Shown here piece by piece: positions 32,856 through 44,062 of a DNA stretch of 64,000 nt; positions within the stretch are counted from its first letter, which is position 1, and each line of letters starts with the position of its first letter. The stretch comes from Alkalispirochaeta sp. (lineage in GTDB: Bacteria; Spirochaetota; Spirochaetia; DSM-27196; Alkalispirochaetaceae). The position numbers were made by a program, and so were the translations under genes. The DNA is taken from the NCBI GenBank assembly GCA_965242725.1, contig CBDESZ010000004.1:1-64000 (forward strand), written 5' to 3'. The notes below the pieces were generated by a model that did no database searches, was not told where the DNA came from, and was given only the letters and a program-made list of their open reading frames with translations.

Positions 32856-32977
32856 AATACACCTCCGTATTACATGATCCGTATCTGTTGCACAGAGAAT
32901 ACCAATAACTTTCAATTGAATAAAGCGATATTTTTGCCATAAACTATTGCGTATGACGCAACAGATACGGGTATGCC

Positions 32978-33962
32978 ATGACCTTTGACGAACTGCGCCT
33001 CTTCAGAAACCTCGCCACGACGCTCCACTTCGCCAGGGCGGCAGCGGCCTCCAACCTCAGCCCTTCGGCGTTGAGCAGGACCATTCAGCGCATGGAAGAA
33101 GAGCTCGGCTGCCTCCTCGTACAGCGGGACAAGCGATTTGTCGCCCTGACCCCGGCGGGGGAGAGCTTCGCCGCCTATGCCCAGGAGACGCTTGACCGTC
33201 ATGACGCCATGCGCAGGGAGCTGTCGGAACGTGACCAGGTGGGTGCAGGGTGAGGTTTCCCTCTTCTGCTCCGTTACGGCGGTTCAGTCGCTGCTCAACT
33301 CAATTCTCCCCGTCTTCCGGGAGCGATATCCCCGGGTGAGCATCCACATCATCACCGGCGACTCGGCGGATGCAAATTGATCGCGTCCAGGACGGGACCG
33401 CCGATATTTCAATCGCGGCGCGACCGGATACGCTGGCCAAGGGGCTGGAGTTTCACGAGTTCACCCCGGTCACCGCTCGTATTCATCGCACCCCGGACCG
33501 GCGGTCCTGCCGCGGAGTTCGGCCGGTGGGCGGAGGAACACCTTGACGGGGCAATTGACGGGGGGAACGGCGGGCAGTGAGCCTGCCGGCGGCCCCGGCC
33601 CCGTCGACAGAAGGATGGCGGACGTCATTCTGCGGCTCGAGGATCATCCATTCATCCTCGCTGATCGCGCGCTGTCCCGGCGCGCAACGGAGCTCTGGTT
33701 TCGCGGCCGCAACATCCGACCGAAAATCTACGCCGAAGTCTCCGGCCACGAAGCGATCATCGCAATGGTCCAGCTGGGATTCGGCCTCGGTGTCGTTCCA
33801 CGGCTCGTTCTCGACCAGAGTCCCCTGGCCACGAGTGTGCGCATCCTGAACCTGCAGCCCGCCCTCCCGGAATATCGAATCGGCATCTGTGCCCAGCGGC
33901 GTCGCCTTTCGGCACGGGCGGTGGAAGCGTTCTGGTCGGTGGGAGTGGAGACGCGGTCATAG
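32978..33962 (+). pseudogene. ilvY: LysR-type activator IlvY with about four frameshifts
   Basis: LysR HTH (LHFARAA..SPSALSRTIQR); SLFCSVTA and IYAEVSGHEAI IlvY motifs in successive frames; divergent from ilvC. Confidence 0.82.
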
Positions 33963-34118
33963 GCGGCACGGCCTGTCGGGAAGGATGGTGCACCGGGGCG
34001 TCAGGCGGCACGATTTGTGGTATACATGACCGTCCACCGGAAGGGTGCACATGGGCGTCCGTTCCGGTAACGCAACAGGTATCACGCCCGGTTTGTGAAT
34101 ATGAAAGGAGCAGCAATC

Positions 34119-35212
34119 ATGAAAGGATCACCCCGTCTCGGTTTCGGCCTGTACCGGCACATGCTCACGCCGGAAAACTAATCGCTTTGCCCGCCAGACG
34201 GGCTGCGACGGATGTAGTCGTCCACCTCGTCGACTATACCGGGCAGCTGAAATCGGCGCCGAATGAGTTGAACGACGACCAGCCGGTACGCGGCTCCGAC
34301 GGCTGGGGTCGTGCCACGGGAGAACGGGAGGTGTGGAGCGTGGACTATCTCAGGAGTCTCAAGGACGAGCTCGCGTCCCACGGCCTGGCGCTCCACGCCA
34401 TTGAAAACTTCGACCCCGCCCACTGGTATGACGTCCTACTCGGAGGACCTCGTCGGGACGAGCAGATTGCATGGATACAGCAGATCATCACCAACCTCGG
34501 AGAGGTGGGCATTCCCGTGATGGGATACAACTTCAGCATCGCCGGTGTCGCGGGCAGAATTCAGGGCGAATTCGCCCGGGGCGGTGCAACATCCGTCGGA
34601 GTCGACGGCGTCGATGAGACTCCCATACCCCGGGGCATGGTCTGGAACATGACCTATGACGAGGCAGCCGGAACGGGCCACCAGCCGTCGGCGACCAATG
34701 AAGAGCTCTGGGAGCGGCTGCACTATTTCCTTGACCGGGTGTTGCCGGTTGCCGAGCGCGCCGGCGTGCGCCTTGCCGCCCACCCCGATGATCCCCCGGC
34801 GGAACGGGTGCGTCGGCAACCGCGCCTCATATGGCGGCAGGAGCTCTACCGGAAACTCTTTGAAACTGTGGACAGTCCCGCAAGCACCGCCGAACTCTGT
34901 CTCGGTACCGTTCAGGAGATGGCGGAGAGCGATGTCTACGCCCTCACCGAATCGTTGGCGCAACAGAACCGCATCGGCTACATCCATTTTCGGAACGTCG
35001 TCGGGAAAATGCCGCGCTATCACGAGGTCTTCGTGGACGAGGGGGATATCGACCTTCCCCGGATCATGAAGATCCTCGTAGACGCGGGGTTCAACGGCGT
35101 CATCATCCCGGACCACACGCCGCAAATGGCGTGCGCCGCGCCGTGGCACAGCGGTATGGCCTATGCGATGGGGTACATGAGGGGCGTTCTGGACGGCATG
35201 GCGCGGAGCTGA
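34119..35212 (+). pseudogene. uxuA: Mannonate dehydratase, 5' end frameshifted
   Basis: SD+ATG 34119 reads LGFGLYRHML then a stop; downstream LAAHPDDPP, IHFRNV, IPDHTP are intact. Confidence 0.8.
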
Positions 35213-35287
35213 CCGTTCCTTCGGCACCCGCACGGTTGTGGACAGCAGTCCCTTTTCACGTGCGACGTTCCTGAGTACCTTACCAAC

Positions 35288-35923
35288 GTGATACGCATTG
35301 GCATCGCCGACGACGAAGACCTGGTACGGGACGGCATCGCCGCCCTCCTCAGCCGTCAGCCCGGAATGGTGGTGGTATCCACCGCCTCCGGCGCATCGGA
35401 AGCGGTAGACCTTGCACGCTCCGGCGCCATAGACGTTCTCCTTTTAGACATCGATCTGGGCGATCGGGGAGGGCTGGACGCGCTCAGAGAGATCGCCTCC
35501 GACGGCGCGGTGAGCACCCGCATTCTCATGGTGAGCAGTTTTCCCGCGGAAGAGTACGCAATTCGGGCGATACGGTCCGGCGCCGCCGGATATGTCCGCA
35601 AGACGGTCAACTCCGACGAGCTTCTTGAGGCGATACGGGTGGTTGCCGCGGGCCGGCGGTACGTTACCGAGGAAGTGGTGGCGCTCATGTCGGAAAGCCT
35701 CTCAGGTACAAACAAAGAGGTCGAGCCCCACAAGACGCTCTCGGACCGGGAGTTTGAGGTCTTTCGCCTTCTGGGGCAGGGGCGTTCCGTGGGCGAGATC
35801 GCGGAGATTCTTTCCCTGTCGATCAGTTCCGTCAGCACCTACCGTCGTCGGATTCTGGAAAAGCTCAACCTTCCCTCCACCGCGGCTATTATCCGGTATG
35901 CGGCGACGCACGGCATACAATAA
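35288..35923 (+). CDS. NarL/UvrY-family response regulator
   Basis: IADD, LLLDI, LSDREFEV..STYRRRILEKL. Confidence 0.93.
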   Translation: MIRIGIADDEDLVRDGIAALLSRQPGMVVVSTASGASEAVDLARSGAIDVLLLDIDLGDRGGLDALREIASDGAVSTRILMVSSFPAEEYAIRAIRSGAAGYVRKTVNSDELLEAIRVVAAGRRYVTEEVVALMSESLSGTNKEVEPHKTLSDREFEVFRLLGQGRSVGEIAEILSLSISSVSTYRRRILEKLNLPSTAAIIRYAATHGIQ

Positions 35924-36006
35924 CCCGACGTGTCGTTGTTTCAACGACAAAACATTCATCGTTCTGACGACATACCGCACCGTAATCCCGCGGTATTGTA
36001 GGGACG

Positions 36007-37563
36007 ATGACAGAATTCATTCAGGAAATCGATCCGACCGTACTGACCGATGCGGTCACTCACGCGTCTGAAGCGATTTTCTTTACAGATATCCACGGGG
36101 ACATAACGTATATAAATCCCGCCTTTACCGTTATGACCGGTTATTCGAAGGATGAGGCGATCGGCTTCAATCCCCGTATACTCAAAAGCGGCGAGCACGG
36201 GCCTTCCTTCTATGGAGTGATGTGGCACAACCTCGTGCAGGGCCGACAGTGGAAGGGGCGAGTCCGCAACCGCAGGAAGGACGGCACCGTTTTCGTCGCG
36301 GACAGCACGATAACACCGGTTTTCAGCACGGAGAACATCCTCCGGGGATACCTCTGTATCGCCATGGACGTCACCCTGGAGCTGCAGCTGCAGGAGCGGC
36401 AGGCGACGCGTCAAAAACTTGAGACCATCGGCACCCTTGCGGGAGGCGTTGCCCACGATTTCAACAACGTCATGACGGCTATCCTTGGGTACACCCAGCT
36501 TCTGGGTATGTCCGTTTCGGAGTTGTCTGCACATATGCCGGCGCCCCACGAACACGCCGGCATCCAGGACTCCGCCCGGGAGTATATCGACGGCATTATC
36601 AAAGCTACCCAACGGGCAAAGGACCTGGCCGATCGGATCCTCACCTTCAGTCGCGGAAAGACGGTGGGACGGGAGGCGACAAATCTTTCGACCGTCGTCT
36701 CCGACTCGGTTCGTCTCTTACGCGCGACCGTGCCGTCGGCAATCACGATTACCACCGACATTGCCAAAGATATTCCCCGCATCCTCGCAAATCCAACGCA
36801 AATCACCCAGGTGGTGATCAACCTCGGCATCAACGCGGCGCTGGCAATGGAAAACAGAGACAACGGACACATCGAGATAACCCTGGCCTCCGCGGCCGAG
36901 GCAGTGACCCTCACCATCACCGACAACGGAGTCGGCATGTCCCCGGAAGTCATCAACCGCCTCTATGAGCCCTTCTTTACCACCCGGCCCGAGTCGGGCG
37001 GTACCGGCCTCGGTCTCCCGGTGGTGCTTGGAATCGTGACTGAATATGGCGGTACCATAGACATCGCCAGTGAGGTTGGCCGGGGCTCGCGGTTTACCAT
37101 CACCTTTCCCGCAATCGCCGACGACCCGTCGGTGTCCGCAACGGCGGAAGAGGAAAACATCGATTATGCCGTCTGCCGGCAGATCGGCAAGGGGGAGCGG
37201 ATCGCCTTCGTTGACGACGAAGAGGATATTTGCCGAGCCATCGCGGCGGTGCTGACCCATTGCGGCTTTCACGTGACCGCCTACTCGACGCCGACCGATT
37301 TTCTGGCGGACTTCCGCGAAAACCCCGATTCGGTGGAACTCCTCATCAGCGACATATCCATGCCCGGCATGTGGGGGGATGACCTCCTGTGTCGCGTCCG
37401 TGAGGTACGTCCACTGATGCCGGTGATCGGCGCGACGGGATACACCGGCCGTCACCGCGACGGCGGGAGTTCGTCCGGCGGATTCTCCGCCGTCATAACA
37501 AAACCCTACGACATCAAACGTCTTCTTGAGGCGATATCACGAGCAATGGAGGAAAGCCGATGA
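36007..37563 (+). CDS. PAS-domain hybrid histidine kinase
   Basis: PAS (INPAF..NRRKDG), AHDFNN, EPFFTT, GTGLGL, C-terminal receiver. Confidence 0.93.
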   Translation: MTEFIQEIDPTVLTDAVTHASEAIFFTDIHGDITYINPAFTVMTGYSKDEAIGFNPRILKSGEHGPSFYGVMWHNLVQGRQWKGRVRNRRKDGTVFVADSTITPVFSTENILRGYLCIAMDVTLELQLQERQATRQKLETIGTLAGGVAHDFNNVMTAILGYTQLLGMSVSELSAHMPAPHEHAGIQDSAREYIDGIIKATQRAKDLADRILTFSRGKTVGREATNLSTVVSDSVRLLRATVPSAITITTDIAKDIPRILANPTQITQVVINLGINAALAMENRDNGHIEITLASAAEAVTLTITDNGVGMSPEVINRLYEPFFTTRPESGGTGLGLPVVLGIVTEYGGTIDIASEVGRGSRFTITFPAIADDPSVSATAEEENIDYAVCRQIGKGERIAFVDDEEDICRAIAAVLTHCGFHVTAYSTPTDFLADFRENPDSVELLISDISMPGMWGDDLLCRVREVRPLMPVIGATGYTGRHRDGGSSSGGFSAVITKPYDIKRLLEAISRAMEESR

Positions 37564-37940
37564 GTACGATACTCCTTGTTGATGACGAATCGATGGTGCT
37601 CGACGTACTGGCGAACTTGCTTGAAATGAACGGACACACCGTCGACAAGACACACCGCTCCGCCGATGCATTCGCCCTTATCGACGGCGCTCGCTACGAT
37701 CTGTACATATTTGACCTGCGTATGCCCCAGTATTCCGGGGCGGACCTGGCGGAACACACCCTGAAGACCCATCCCGATGCCACGGTGCTTATCATTACCG
37801 CCTACCCCGGCGATGAGCTCGCGGTCCGGGCGATGAAGCGCGGCGTCACCGCCCTTGTGAAGAAACCTTTTGATATCGGAAAGATCCTTCATTTTCTGGA
37901 ATCAAAGCGACCGGAGGTACCCGTCGATGAGACACGATGA
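37560..37940 (+). CDS. Single-domain response regulator
   Basis: LLVDDE, FDLRMP, ITAY, KKPF. Confidence 0.9.
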   Translation: MSTILLVDDESMVLDVLANLLEMNGHTVDKTHRSADAFALIDGARYDLYIFDLRMPQYSGADLAEHTLKTHPDATVLIITAYPGDELAVRAMKRGVTALVKKPFDIGKILHFLESKRPEVPVDETR

Positions 37941-39378
37941 AGATCTTATTCTGCAGACCAATGAGCTCCTCGCCGCAGCGACCATACACGACGTTATGGA
38001 GGATCATCACCATGAAGTGCCCGTACCGGGTACGATGGACGTCGATATCAGCGCCGACGCCATGAGTGCATGGCTCACGCTCTTCCCTCCCCGGGGAGGA
38101 GCGGAGCCGATCACGCCGGGAGAGGTCATGGACACGTTGGAACGCGCCGGCGTGGTCTTCGGTATCGACGAAGAGCGGATCTCGGAAGCGGTATTCTCCT
38201 GCAATACCGAGCACCGCACGGTCTACTCCGTGGAGGTGGCGCGAGGAGAGGCTCCCCGGGACGCGGTGCCGGAACATATCGCCGTCGTATGGGAGCCGGA
38301 GGAACACCATCCGGAGGAGCGGGGCGGGAGAGTCGACTTCCGGAACTGGGCACACATCCCCGTCGTCCCCGCGGACTCCGTCCTTGCCCGGACCGTGCCC
38401 GCCTCGTCCGGTTCCACGGGACTGACCGTGACCGGTGAGGATGTACCCTTCCGTACCGTTGCCGCCCCCTCCCTGACTGCGGGAGAAAACACGGTATTCC
38501 GTGACGGAGAGATCGTTTCCGCGGTAGACGGCGTTTTCGTTCTCAATGACGGAATGATCAGCATTTCCCCGCTTCTTGAAATACGCGGCGACGTCGACTA
38601 CGGCACGGGAAACATCGACTTCAACGGGGACGTCCTGCTCCATGGCCGCGTGGCGGCGACCTTCACAGTCACGTGCAGCGGCAACCTCCGGGCAATGCAG
38701 ACACTGGACGCCTATGCAATTTCATGCGGCTCCCTGGAGGTCAAACAGGGGATCATCGGCCACAACGACTCAACGGTGACCGTGGCAGGTCCCGTCCTCG
38801 CCCGCTTTCTCCAGAATGTGAAAATCCATTCGGAGACGAAGATCATGGTCGGCAACAGCGTGCTCTCCTCCCATTTGACCGCCAGGGAAACGATACTTAT
38901 GGGCCGGAACAGCACGGTGATCGGATCGGTCCTGCGGGCGTCGGAAGGGGTGGAAGCGTACAACATCGGTTCCCCGGGCTCTGCGGTGACGGAGCTCTAC
39001 CTGGGCATAGACTTTGCGGTGGACCACCGTCTCGCGGAAATACGGGACAACAGCCTCGCCCTGGGAAAACAGCTCGCAAAGGTACAGGCTGCGCTGCAAC
39101 GCGCTGAAGGCAACGATGAGCGTCTCACGGAACTTGAAAGAAAACTGAAAGAAGCCCTTGCCGTTCTTGGTCAGGAGGCGGGAGAGCTCGTCAATAAACT
39201 GGACCGCAACGAGAACGCAGAAGTGATCGTCCACGGAACGGTCTATACCGGCACGTACATCGAGATCTGTCACCGCTCCTTTCACGCGGATCGTGACCTC
39301 TCGGCGTGCCGTATATTCCTCGATCGGCGGCTGGGGACCGTCCGGGTGGAACCCCTCGCCGAAAGGAGCTCACGATGA
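37927..39378 (+). CDS. FapA (DUF342) family protein
   Basis: GVVFGID, GRVDFR, GDVDYGTGNIDFNGDV; C-terminal coiled coil. Confidence 0.85.
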   Translation: MRHDEDLILQTNELLAAATIHDVMEDHHHEVPVPGTMDVDISADAMSAWLTLFPPRGGAEPITPGEVMDTLERAGVVFGIDEERISEAVFSCNTEHRTVYSVEVARGEAPRDAVPEHIAVVWEPEEHHPEERGGRVDFRNWAHIPVVPADSVLARTVPASSGSTGLTVTGEDVPFRTVAAPSLTAGENTVFRDGEIVSAVDGVFVLNDGMISISPLLEIRGDVDYGTGNIDFNGDVLLHGRVAATFTVTCSGNLRAMQTLDAYAISCGSLEVKQGIIGHNDSTVTVAGPVLARFLQNVKIHSETKIMVGNSVLSSHLTARETILMGRNSTVIGSVLRASEGVEAYNIGSPGSAVTELYLGIDFAVDHRLAEIRDNSLALGKQLAKVQAALQRAEGNDERLTELERKLKEALAVLGQEAGELVNKLDRNENAEVIVHGTVYTGTYIEICHRSFHADRDLSACRIFLDRRLGTVRVEPLAERSSR

Positions 39379-40412
39379 GTGCACCCCATATCCTCGTAAT
39401 AGACGACGATCCGGGCGTCGTCGGCTTTATCGATACCGCCCTTACCCGGTCGGGATACCGCGTCACCGCCGCCATGGAGTACGCCGACGCATTGGATCAT
39501 CTCAACACCGACGTCTTTGACGCGGTGCTCTGTGACATCTACCTTGGTGTCGAGAGTGGTGTTGCACTTCTCGATCATCAGGGACTGCGCGGCGCGGACA
39601 GCGCCGTCATCGTCATGAGCGGATCGGCAACCAGGGAAGACATCATCACGGCGATGCGTCGCGGCGCCATGGACTTCCTCGTCAAGCCCTTTGAACCGCA
39701 GGAACTGTACCAGCGCCTTCAATCCGCCCTCCGCAGACGGGCGACACGGAGAAAGGACGTGGAACACCTCCAGAACCTGCAAAAGATGGTCGACCTGCGG
39801 ACGGCGGAACTGTCCGAGGCAATCGCGGGTCTGGAAGACGCCTATGACCTGACGATTGAGGCGCTGGGTGCAGCCCTTGACCTTCGGGACAGTGAGACGG
39901 AACGGCACAGCCGGAACGTCGTCGCACTGGCGGAGACGATAGCCATCCTCTACGGCGTGACGGACCAGCACTTCCTGCGGGACCTCCGGTGGGGAGCGCT
40001 CCTTCACGATATCGGAAAAATCGGGATACCCGACGCAATCCTGAAGAAACCGGGCCCCCTGACCCCTGAGGAACGGCAGCTCATCACCACCCACCCCGAC
40101 CTTGGGTACCGCATACTCTCCAGAATCGGATTTCTCAAGGGTGCGCTCCAGGTCGTGAGACATCACCACGAGCGCTACGACGGCAGGGGATACCCCGACG
40201 GCCTCGCCGGCAACGAAATACCCCTGGCGGCCCGCATCTTTGCCGTGGCCGACACGGCGGAAGTCCTCATGTCGGGACGGGTCTATCAGGACGCGCTCAC
40301 TGAAGAGGACGCCCGCAGGGAAATCGCCGCCTGTGCGGGTACCCAGTTTGATCCGGAGGTGGTAGCCGCATTTATGGAGGTGCCCCTGACGTTTGAGGAA
40401 GCGGTGGTATGA
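39375..40412 (+). CDS. Receiver + HD-GYP cyclic di-GMP phosphodiesterase (RpfG-like)
   Basis: ETERHS, LHDIGKIG, HHERYDGRGYP. Confidence 0.92.
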   Translation: MSAPHILVIDDDPGVVGFIDTALTRSGYRVTAAMEYADALDHLNTDVFDAVLCDIYLGVESGVALLDHQGLRGADSAVIVMSGSATREDIITAMRRGAMDFLVKPFEPQELYQRLQSALRRRATRRKDVEHLQNLQKMVDLRTAELSEAIAGLEDAYDLTIEALGAALDLRDSETERHSRNVVALAETIAILYGVTDQHFLRDLRWGALLHDIGKIGIPDAILKKPGPLTPEERQLITTHPDLGYRILSRIGFLKGALQVVRHHHERYDGRGYPDGLAGNEIPLAARIFAVADTAEVLMSGRVYQDALTEEDARREIAACAGTQFDPEVVAAFMEVPLTFEEAVV

Positions 40413-41836
40413 CGGCCCTCGTCCTTACCCGGCGGAGAAATACGATCTTCATCTCGGTGATCATCTCCTTCCTCGTCCCGGTGGCGTGGATTCTCTTCGC
40501 CGATCTGGAACACCGCCTGGAAGACGCCCGCACGCTTTCCCGGATACAGGCGCAGATGCTCGCGGAAAACGCGGCCCGACTCTTTCACCATGCGGTACAC
40601 CCCGACGATCTCATCGGCAGATACCGGGGTGCCGGAATCGCCGAGGCAAACCTCATCGCCCTCTATAACGGCGAGGGGCGGATCATCGCCGCCGGAAGCG
40701 ACAACGAAGTAACGGCCGGCTCATCGATCGACGACGCCGGCATTCTCAGTGGTCTTGACAGTGCGATTCTCCACGGCGTGGGCATACGGGAGTTTGAGAC
40801 TGAGGAAATGATCGGCACGGTCTTTCCGGTACCGGACTATCCCCATCGCTTTATCGTCGCCTATGACCGGGAGAAAATTGTCCGGTCCTGGGCGTTGGGA
40901 GTCTTCCCCATCGTATTTGCCATACTCGCCCTGGTGACGATCATCCTCCTGCTTACCAAAGGAATCCACCGGGAGGTCACCAATCGCTTCAGGGAAGAGG
41001 AGCGACGTGCCCAGGAGGGATTGCGCTATCTGGAAAGCCTGCGCGTCATGGCCGGGGGCCTCGCCCACCACGTCAACAACCAGATGATGGTGGTCATCGG
41101 GAATACCGACATCCTGACTGAAGAAGTGGGCGATACGCAGCACATAGAGCGCTTCACCCGGGCGATCAAAACGGCGGCGGAGCGCGCGTCGGACCTGAGT
41201 ACCCGTATGCTCGCCACGGCGGGTACGGCGGTGATCCACCTCGTGCCCCACACCGTCGAGACGCTGGGCAAAGTGTTGAAGGACGCGATAGCTACCGCGA
41301 TGGATTCCTCTGCACCGGTGGAGCTGGAAATGCAGACGGAAGCACGGCGCACCGTCGTTCCCCTCGATCCGGAGCTGGTGAAAATTGCGCTGGTGGACCT
41401 CGTAAAGAACGGGTTGGATGCCGGTGATGACGACGCTGCCGGGGAGGGTGTCACCGTCAGTCTCTCAGTCACGGAGTGGGATCCCGACGCACCGTCCGCC
41501 GACCCTGCCGGACGTGTCCAGACCTCCCGGTACTCCAGCCGCATCCCGGCGGGCAGGTATTTGAGCGTATCCGTCGGCGATCGCGGCCGGGGAATCCCTC
41601 CCCAAACGATGAAGCACCTCTTCGAGCCTTTTTATACGACCGGTCATATCGGCGGCGGGCTGGGCCTCTCGGCGGTGGCGGGCATCGCCCATCAGCATGG
41701 CGGCGGAGTCGTCGTCCGCTCCCGGGACGGCGTGGGAACGACGGTGACGATGCTCCTCGCCCTCGCATCTCCCGATGCGCCGCCACGGTGCGATCAGGTG
41801 CCGTCCAGAATCTCCCGCAGCGCGGCGATGGTGTAG
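40409..41836 (+). CDS. Membrane sensor histidine kinase
   Basis: Two TMs, AHHVNN H-box, DRGRG, FEPFYTT, GLGL. Confidence 0.85.
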   Translation: MTALVLTRRRNTIFISVIISFLVPVAWILFADLEHRLEDARTLSRIQAQMLAENAARLFHHAVHPDDLIGRYRGAGIAEANLIALYNGEGRIIAAGSDNEVTAGSSIDDAGILSGLDSAILHGVGIREFETEEMIGTVFPVPDYPHRFIVAYDREKIVRSWALGVFPIVFAILALVTIILLLTKGIHREVTNRFREEERRAQEGLRYLESLRVMAGGLAHHVNNQMMVVIGNTDILTEEVGDTQHIERFTRAIKTAAERASDLSTRMLATAGTAVIHLVPHTVETLGKVLKDAIATAMDSSAPVELEMQTEARRTVVPLDPELVKIALVDLVKNGLDAGDDDAAGEGVTVSLSVTEWDPDAPSADPAGRVQTSRYSSRIPAGRYLSVSVGDRGRGIPPQTMKHLFEPFYTTGHIGGGLGLSAVAGIAHQHGGGVVVRSRDGVGTTVTMLLALASPDAPPRCDQVPSRISRSAAMV

Positions 41837-43359
41837 GGCTTGTGGAGGAAGTCAAATCCTCCGGAGCGGATGAGTTCAAACTCCGCCTTGTCCTCCAGAT
41901 AGCCGCTTGCAAAGATAATTCTCGTTGCCCCCAGCGGCTGCAGAAGCTCCAGGAGGGAAACGCCGGAGCCGTCGGGGAGAACCACATCGGCGACAATCGC
42001 ATCAAAGGCGCCCTCGTCCTCGCGCCACACCGCAACGGCCGCCTCAAGGGTGGTCGCCGCGGTTACGTCAAATCCAACCCGGGTAAGCCCTTCGGAAACG
42101 ACATCGATGACGGCGTGTTCGTCCTCCACAAGGAGTACCCGTCGCCCCGCCGCCTGCTGCGTCGGCGAATCTGTACGGCCATCTTCTTCCTTCTCCGCCG
42201 GCGCGCTCCTGATCGGCAGGGCGACGGTGACCGTCGTCCCCTTCCCGAGGGCGGAATTGATGGAGATCTCTCCGTCATGTTCCTGGACGATACCGTAGAC
42301 AACGGACAGCCCCAAACCCGTCCCCATTTCCCGTGACTTGGTGGTAAAGAACGGCTCCAGCGCCTTCTCCCGGGTGTCCCCGTCCATGCCGGCGCCGTCG
42401 TCGGAGACGGTGAGTACCGCCGTGGCGGCGCCCGACGGCGCCGCCCCCTCCGCCGCGTCCCCCTGCACGCGTCCGTATTCGCGGCCGTAGCCGTCGTCCT
42501 CCTCCGTCCCGTCACGTCGGGCCGTTGAAATGGTGATCGTCCCGCCGTCTGCAAGGGCGTCCCGGGCGTTGAGGACGAGGTTCATAATGACCTGGTCAAT
42601 CTTTCCGGCGTCACCGTGCACCCACAGCGCGTCCGAAGCGAGCCGGCTCTCCAGGGTGATATTCTCGCCAATGAGCCGGCGGAGCAATTTGATCATGCCG
42701 GAGACGGATGTATTGAGGTCAAAAATACGGTAATCCTCGGAAGGACCCTTGCGGCTGAAGAGGAGGAGCTGCCTGGTCAGTCCGGCGGCGCGGGTCGCGG
42801 CGGTGCGGATGCTGTCCAGCGCCTCCCGGGCGGGATTGTCATCATCAATAGAATGTTCCGCCAGGTGGAGGTACCCGCCGATGACGGTAAGGATATTGTT
42901 GAAGTCGTGGGCTACCCCTCCGGCAAGGCGCCCGATGGAATCCATGCGGTGGGCCTGTTGAATCTGCTCCTCCTGCGCGGCGAGCCGCTCCTGTGACCGC
43001 TTGCGTTCAGAAATATCGCGGATCCATGAAACCACACCGGCGTGCCACCCCTCCCGGCTGTCCAGTTCCGTCACGGTGATTTCCGCCGTAAAGTGCTCGC
43101 CCGTCCGCCGTCGCATGGGGTATTCAATGTGAACGGTGCCCGCCCTATCGAGGTCCGGATCAAACTTCACGGCAAAGTTGCGGTGGTGCTCGTCGTCGAT
43201 GTGCAGGATCGAGGTCTCCCGCCCCAGAAGCTCGTCCGGCCGGTACCCAAAGAGCTTCTCCACGGCGGGATTTGCATATCCAATCGTCCGCGTCTGCACA
43301 TCCACGACAAGCACGGCGTCATTGATGCTGTCCAGCACGGGCGAGGGAACCATGCTCAT
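41794..43359 (-). CDS. PAS-domain hybrid histidine kinase (CckA-like architecture)
   Basis: PAS, AHDFNN, NARDA, EPFFTTK, GTGLGL, receiver. Confidence 0.92.
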   Translation of the reverse strand: MSMVPSPVLDSINDAVLVVDVQTRTIGYANPAVEKLFGYRPDELLGRETSILHIDDEHHRNFAVKFDPDLDRAGTVHIEYPMRRRTGEHFTAEITVTELDSREGWHAGVVSWIRDISERKRSQERLAAQEEQIQQAHRMDSIGRLAGGVAHDFNNILTVIGGYLHLAEHSIDDDNPAREALDSIRTAATRAAGLTRQLLLFSRKGPSEDYRIFDLNTSVSGMIKLLRRLIGENITLESRLASDALWVHGDAGKIDQVIMNLVLNARDALADGGTITISTARRDGTEEDDGYGREYGRVQGDAAEGAAPSGAATAVLTVSDDGAGMDGDTREKALEPFFTTKSREMGTGLGLSVVYGIVQEHDGEISINSALGKGTTVTVALPIRSAPAEKEEDGRTDSPTQQAAGRRVLLVEDEHAVIDVVSEGLTRVGFDVTAATTLEAAVAVWREDEGAFDAIVADVVLPDGSGVSLLELLQPLGATRIIFASGYLEDKAEFELIRSGGFDFLHKPYTIAALREILDGT

Positions 43360-43599
43360 GAGTTTCTTCCTCTGGTGCGCACGTCGCCGGCGCTTTGCGG
43401 AAAAAAGACCTTCCCCGATCCACGCTGCACCGCCTGCAACAATTTTATATATACCCACCGTGCATCACACCTTCCAATTTTCCACCATATCACGTCGTCA
43501 TCGAGAGCTCAATCTTGATTAATTTAGTCGAACTTACGTTCCGCGGAGCGGGAAACCTGGTGAGAGGTGCGTCGGCCCGGATCGGGGGGCGGGCCGCGG

Positions 43600-43968
43600 T
43601 TACATCCCCGTCGTCCCGACGTAGCGCGCGGCCGCGCCGGTATAACCCACCCAACCGGTGAGCTCTCCCGTCAGGACATACCCGTCGTCCCGCAACCGCA
43701 CGGCAATGTTGCACAGATGGGCTTCCAGCCGTCCCAGCGTGCGCCTGGTGCCGTCGGCACGGTGAGCGGCGTCAAACTCAAAGGTCATGACAAACTCCCG
43801 GGCCCGCTCCGAAGGGGTGAGGCGCAACACATCCATGGCAAGACGCTCGTTTGCCGGAGTCGCCGCCGAGGTGGTGTCAAGGGTGAAGTCGGCGGGCCAG
43901 CCGTCGATCACGATGGAAAGGTTGTTGTCGGTGGCGGTGATCCGAATCTGTTTTCTCTGTTCGGCCAT
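43600..43968 (-). CDS. Hypothetical protein
   Basis: 122-aa ORF with GGAGG SD before ATG; no recognised motif. Confidence 0.55.
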   Translation of the reverse strand: MAEQRKQIRITATDNNLSIVIDGWPADFTLDTTSAATPANERLAMDVLRLTPSERAREFVMTFEFDAAHRADGTRRTLGRLEAHLCNIAVRLRDDGYVLTGELTGWVGYTGAAARYVGTTGM

Positions 43969-44062
43969 GGGTCCCTCCGGTAGAACTCCAGTCTTGACCC
44001 CATCTCTTGCCTGAAGCTTGCCGAATCGTTACAGATTTGTAATATCAGGACAGGGGGAAAAG

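Noticed and set aside
26608..34210. Programmed frameshifting or phase variation
   Set aside because: Too many shifts per gene, the runs are short, and there are no slippery heptamers; assembly error is simpler.
35931..35949. Hairpin TGTCGTTG-TTT-CAACGACA between the regulator and kinase genes
   Set aside because: No U-tract on the coding strand and no recognisable riboswitch core; function cannot be supported.
3414..43518. Long alternative-frame and antisense ORFs (e.g. 3414-4406, 6689-7690, 21225-22277, 23172-24251)
   Set aside because: Shadow ORFs expected in high-GC DNA, overlapping well-supported genes.
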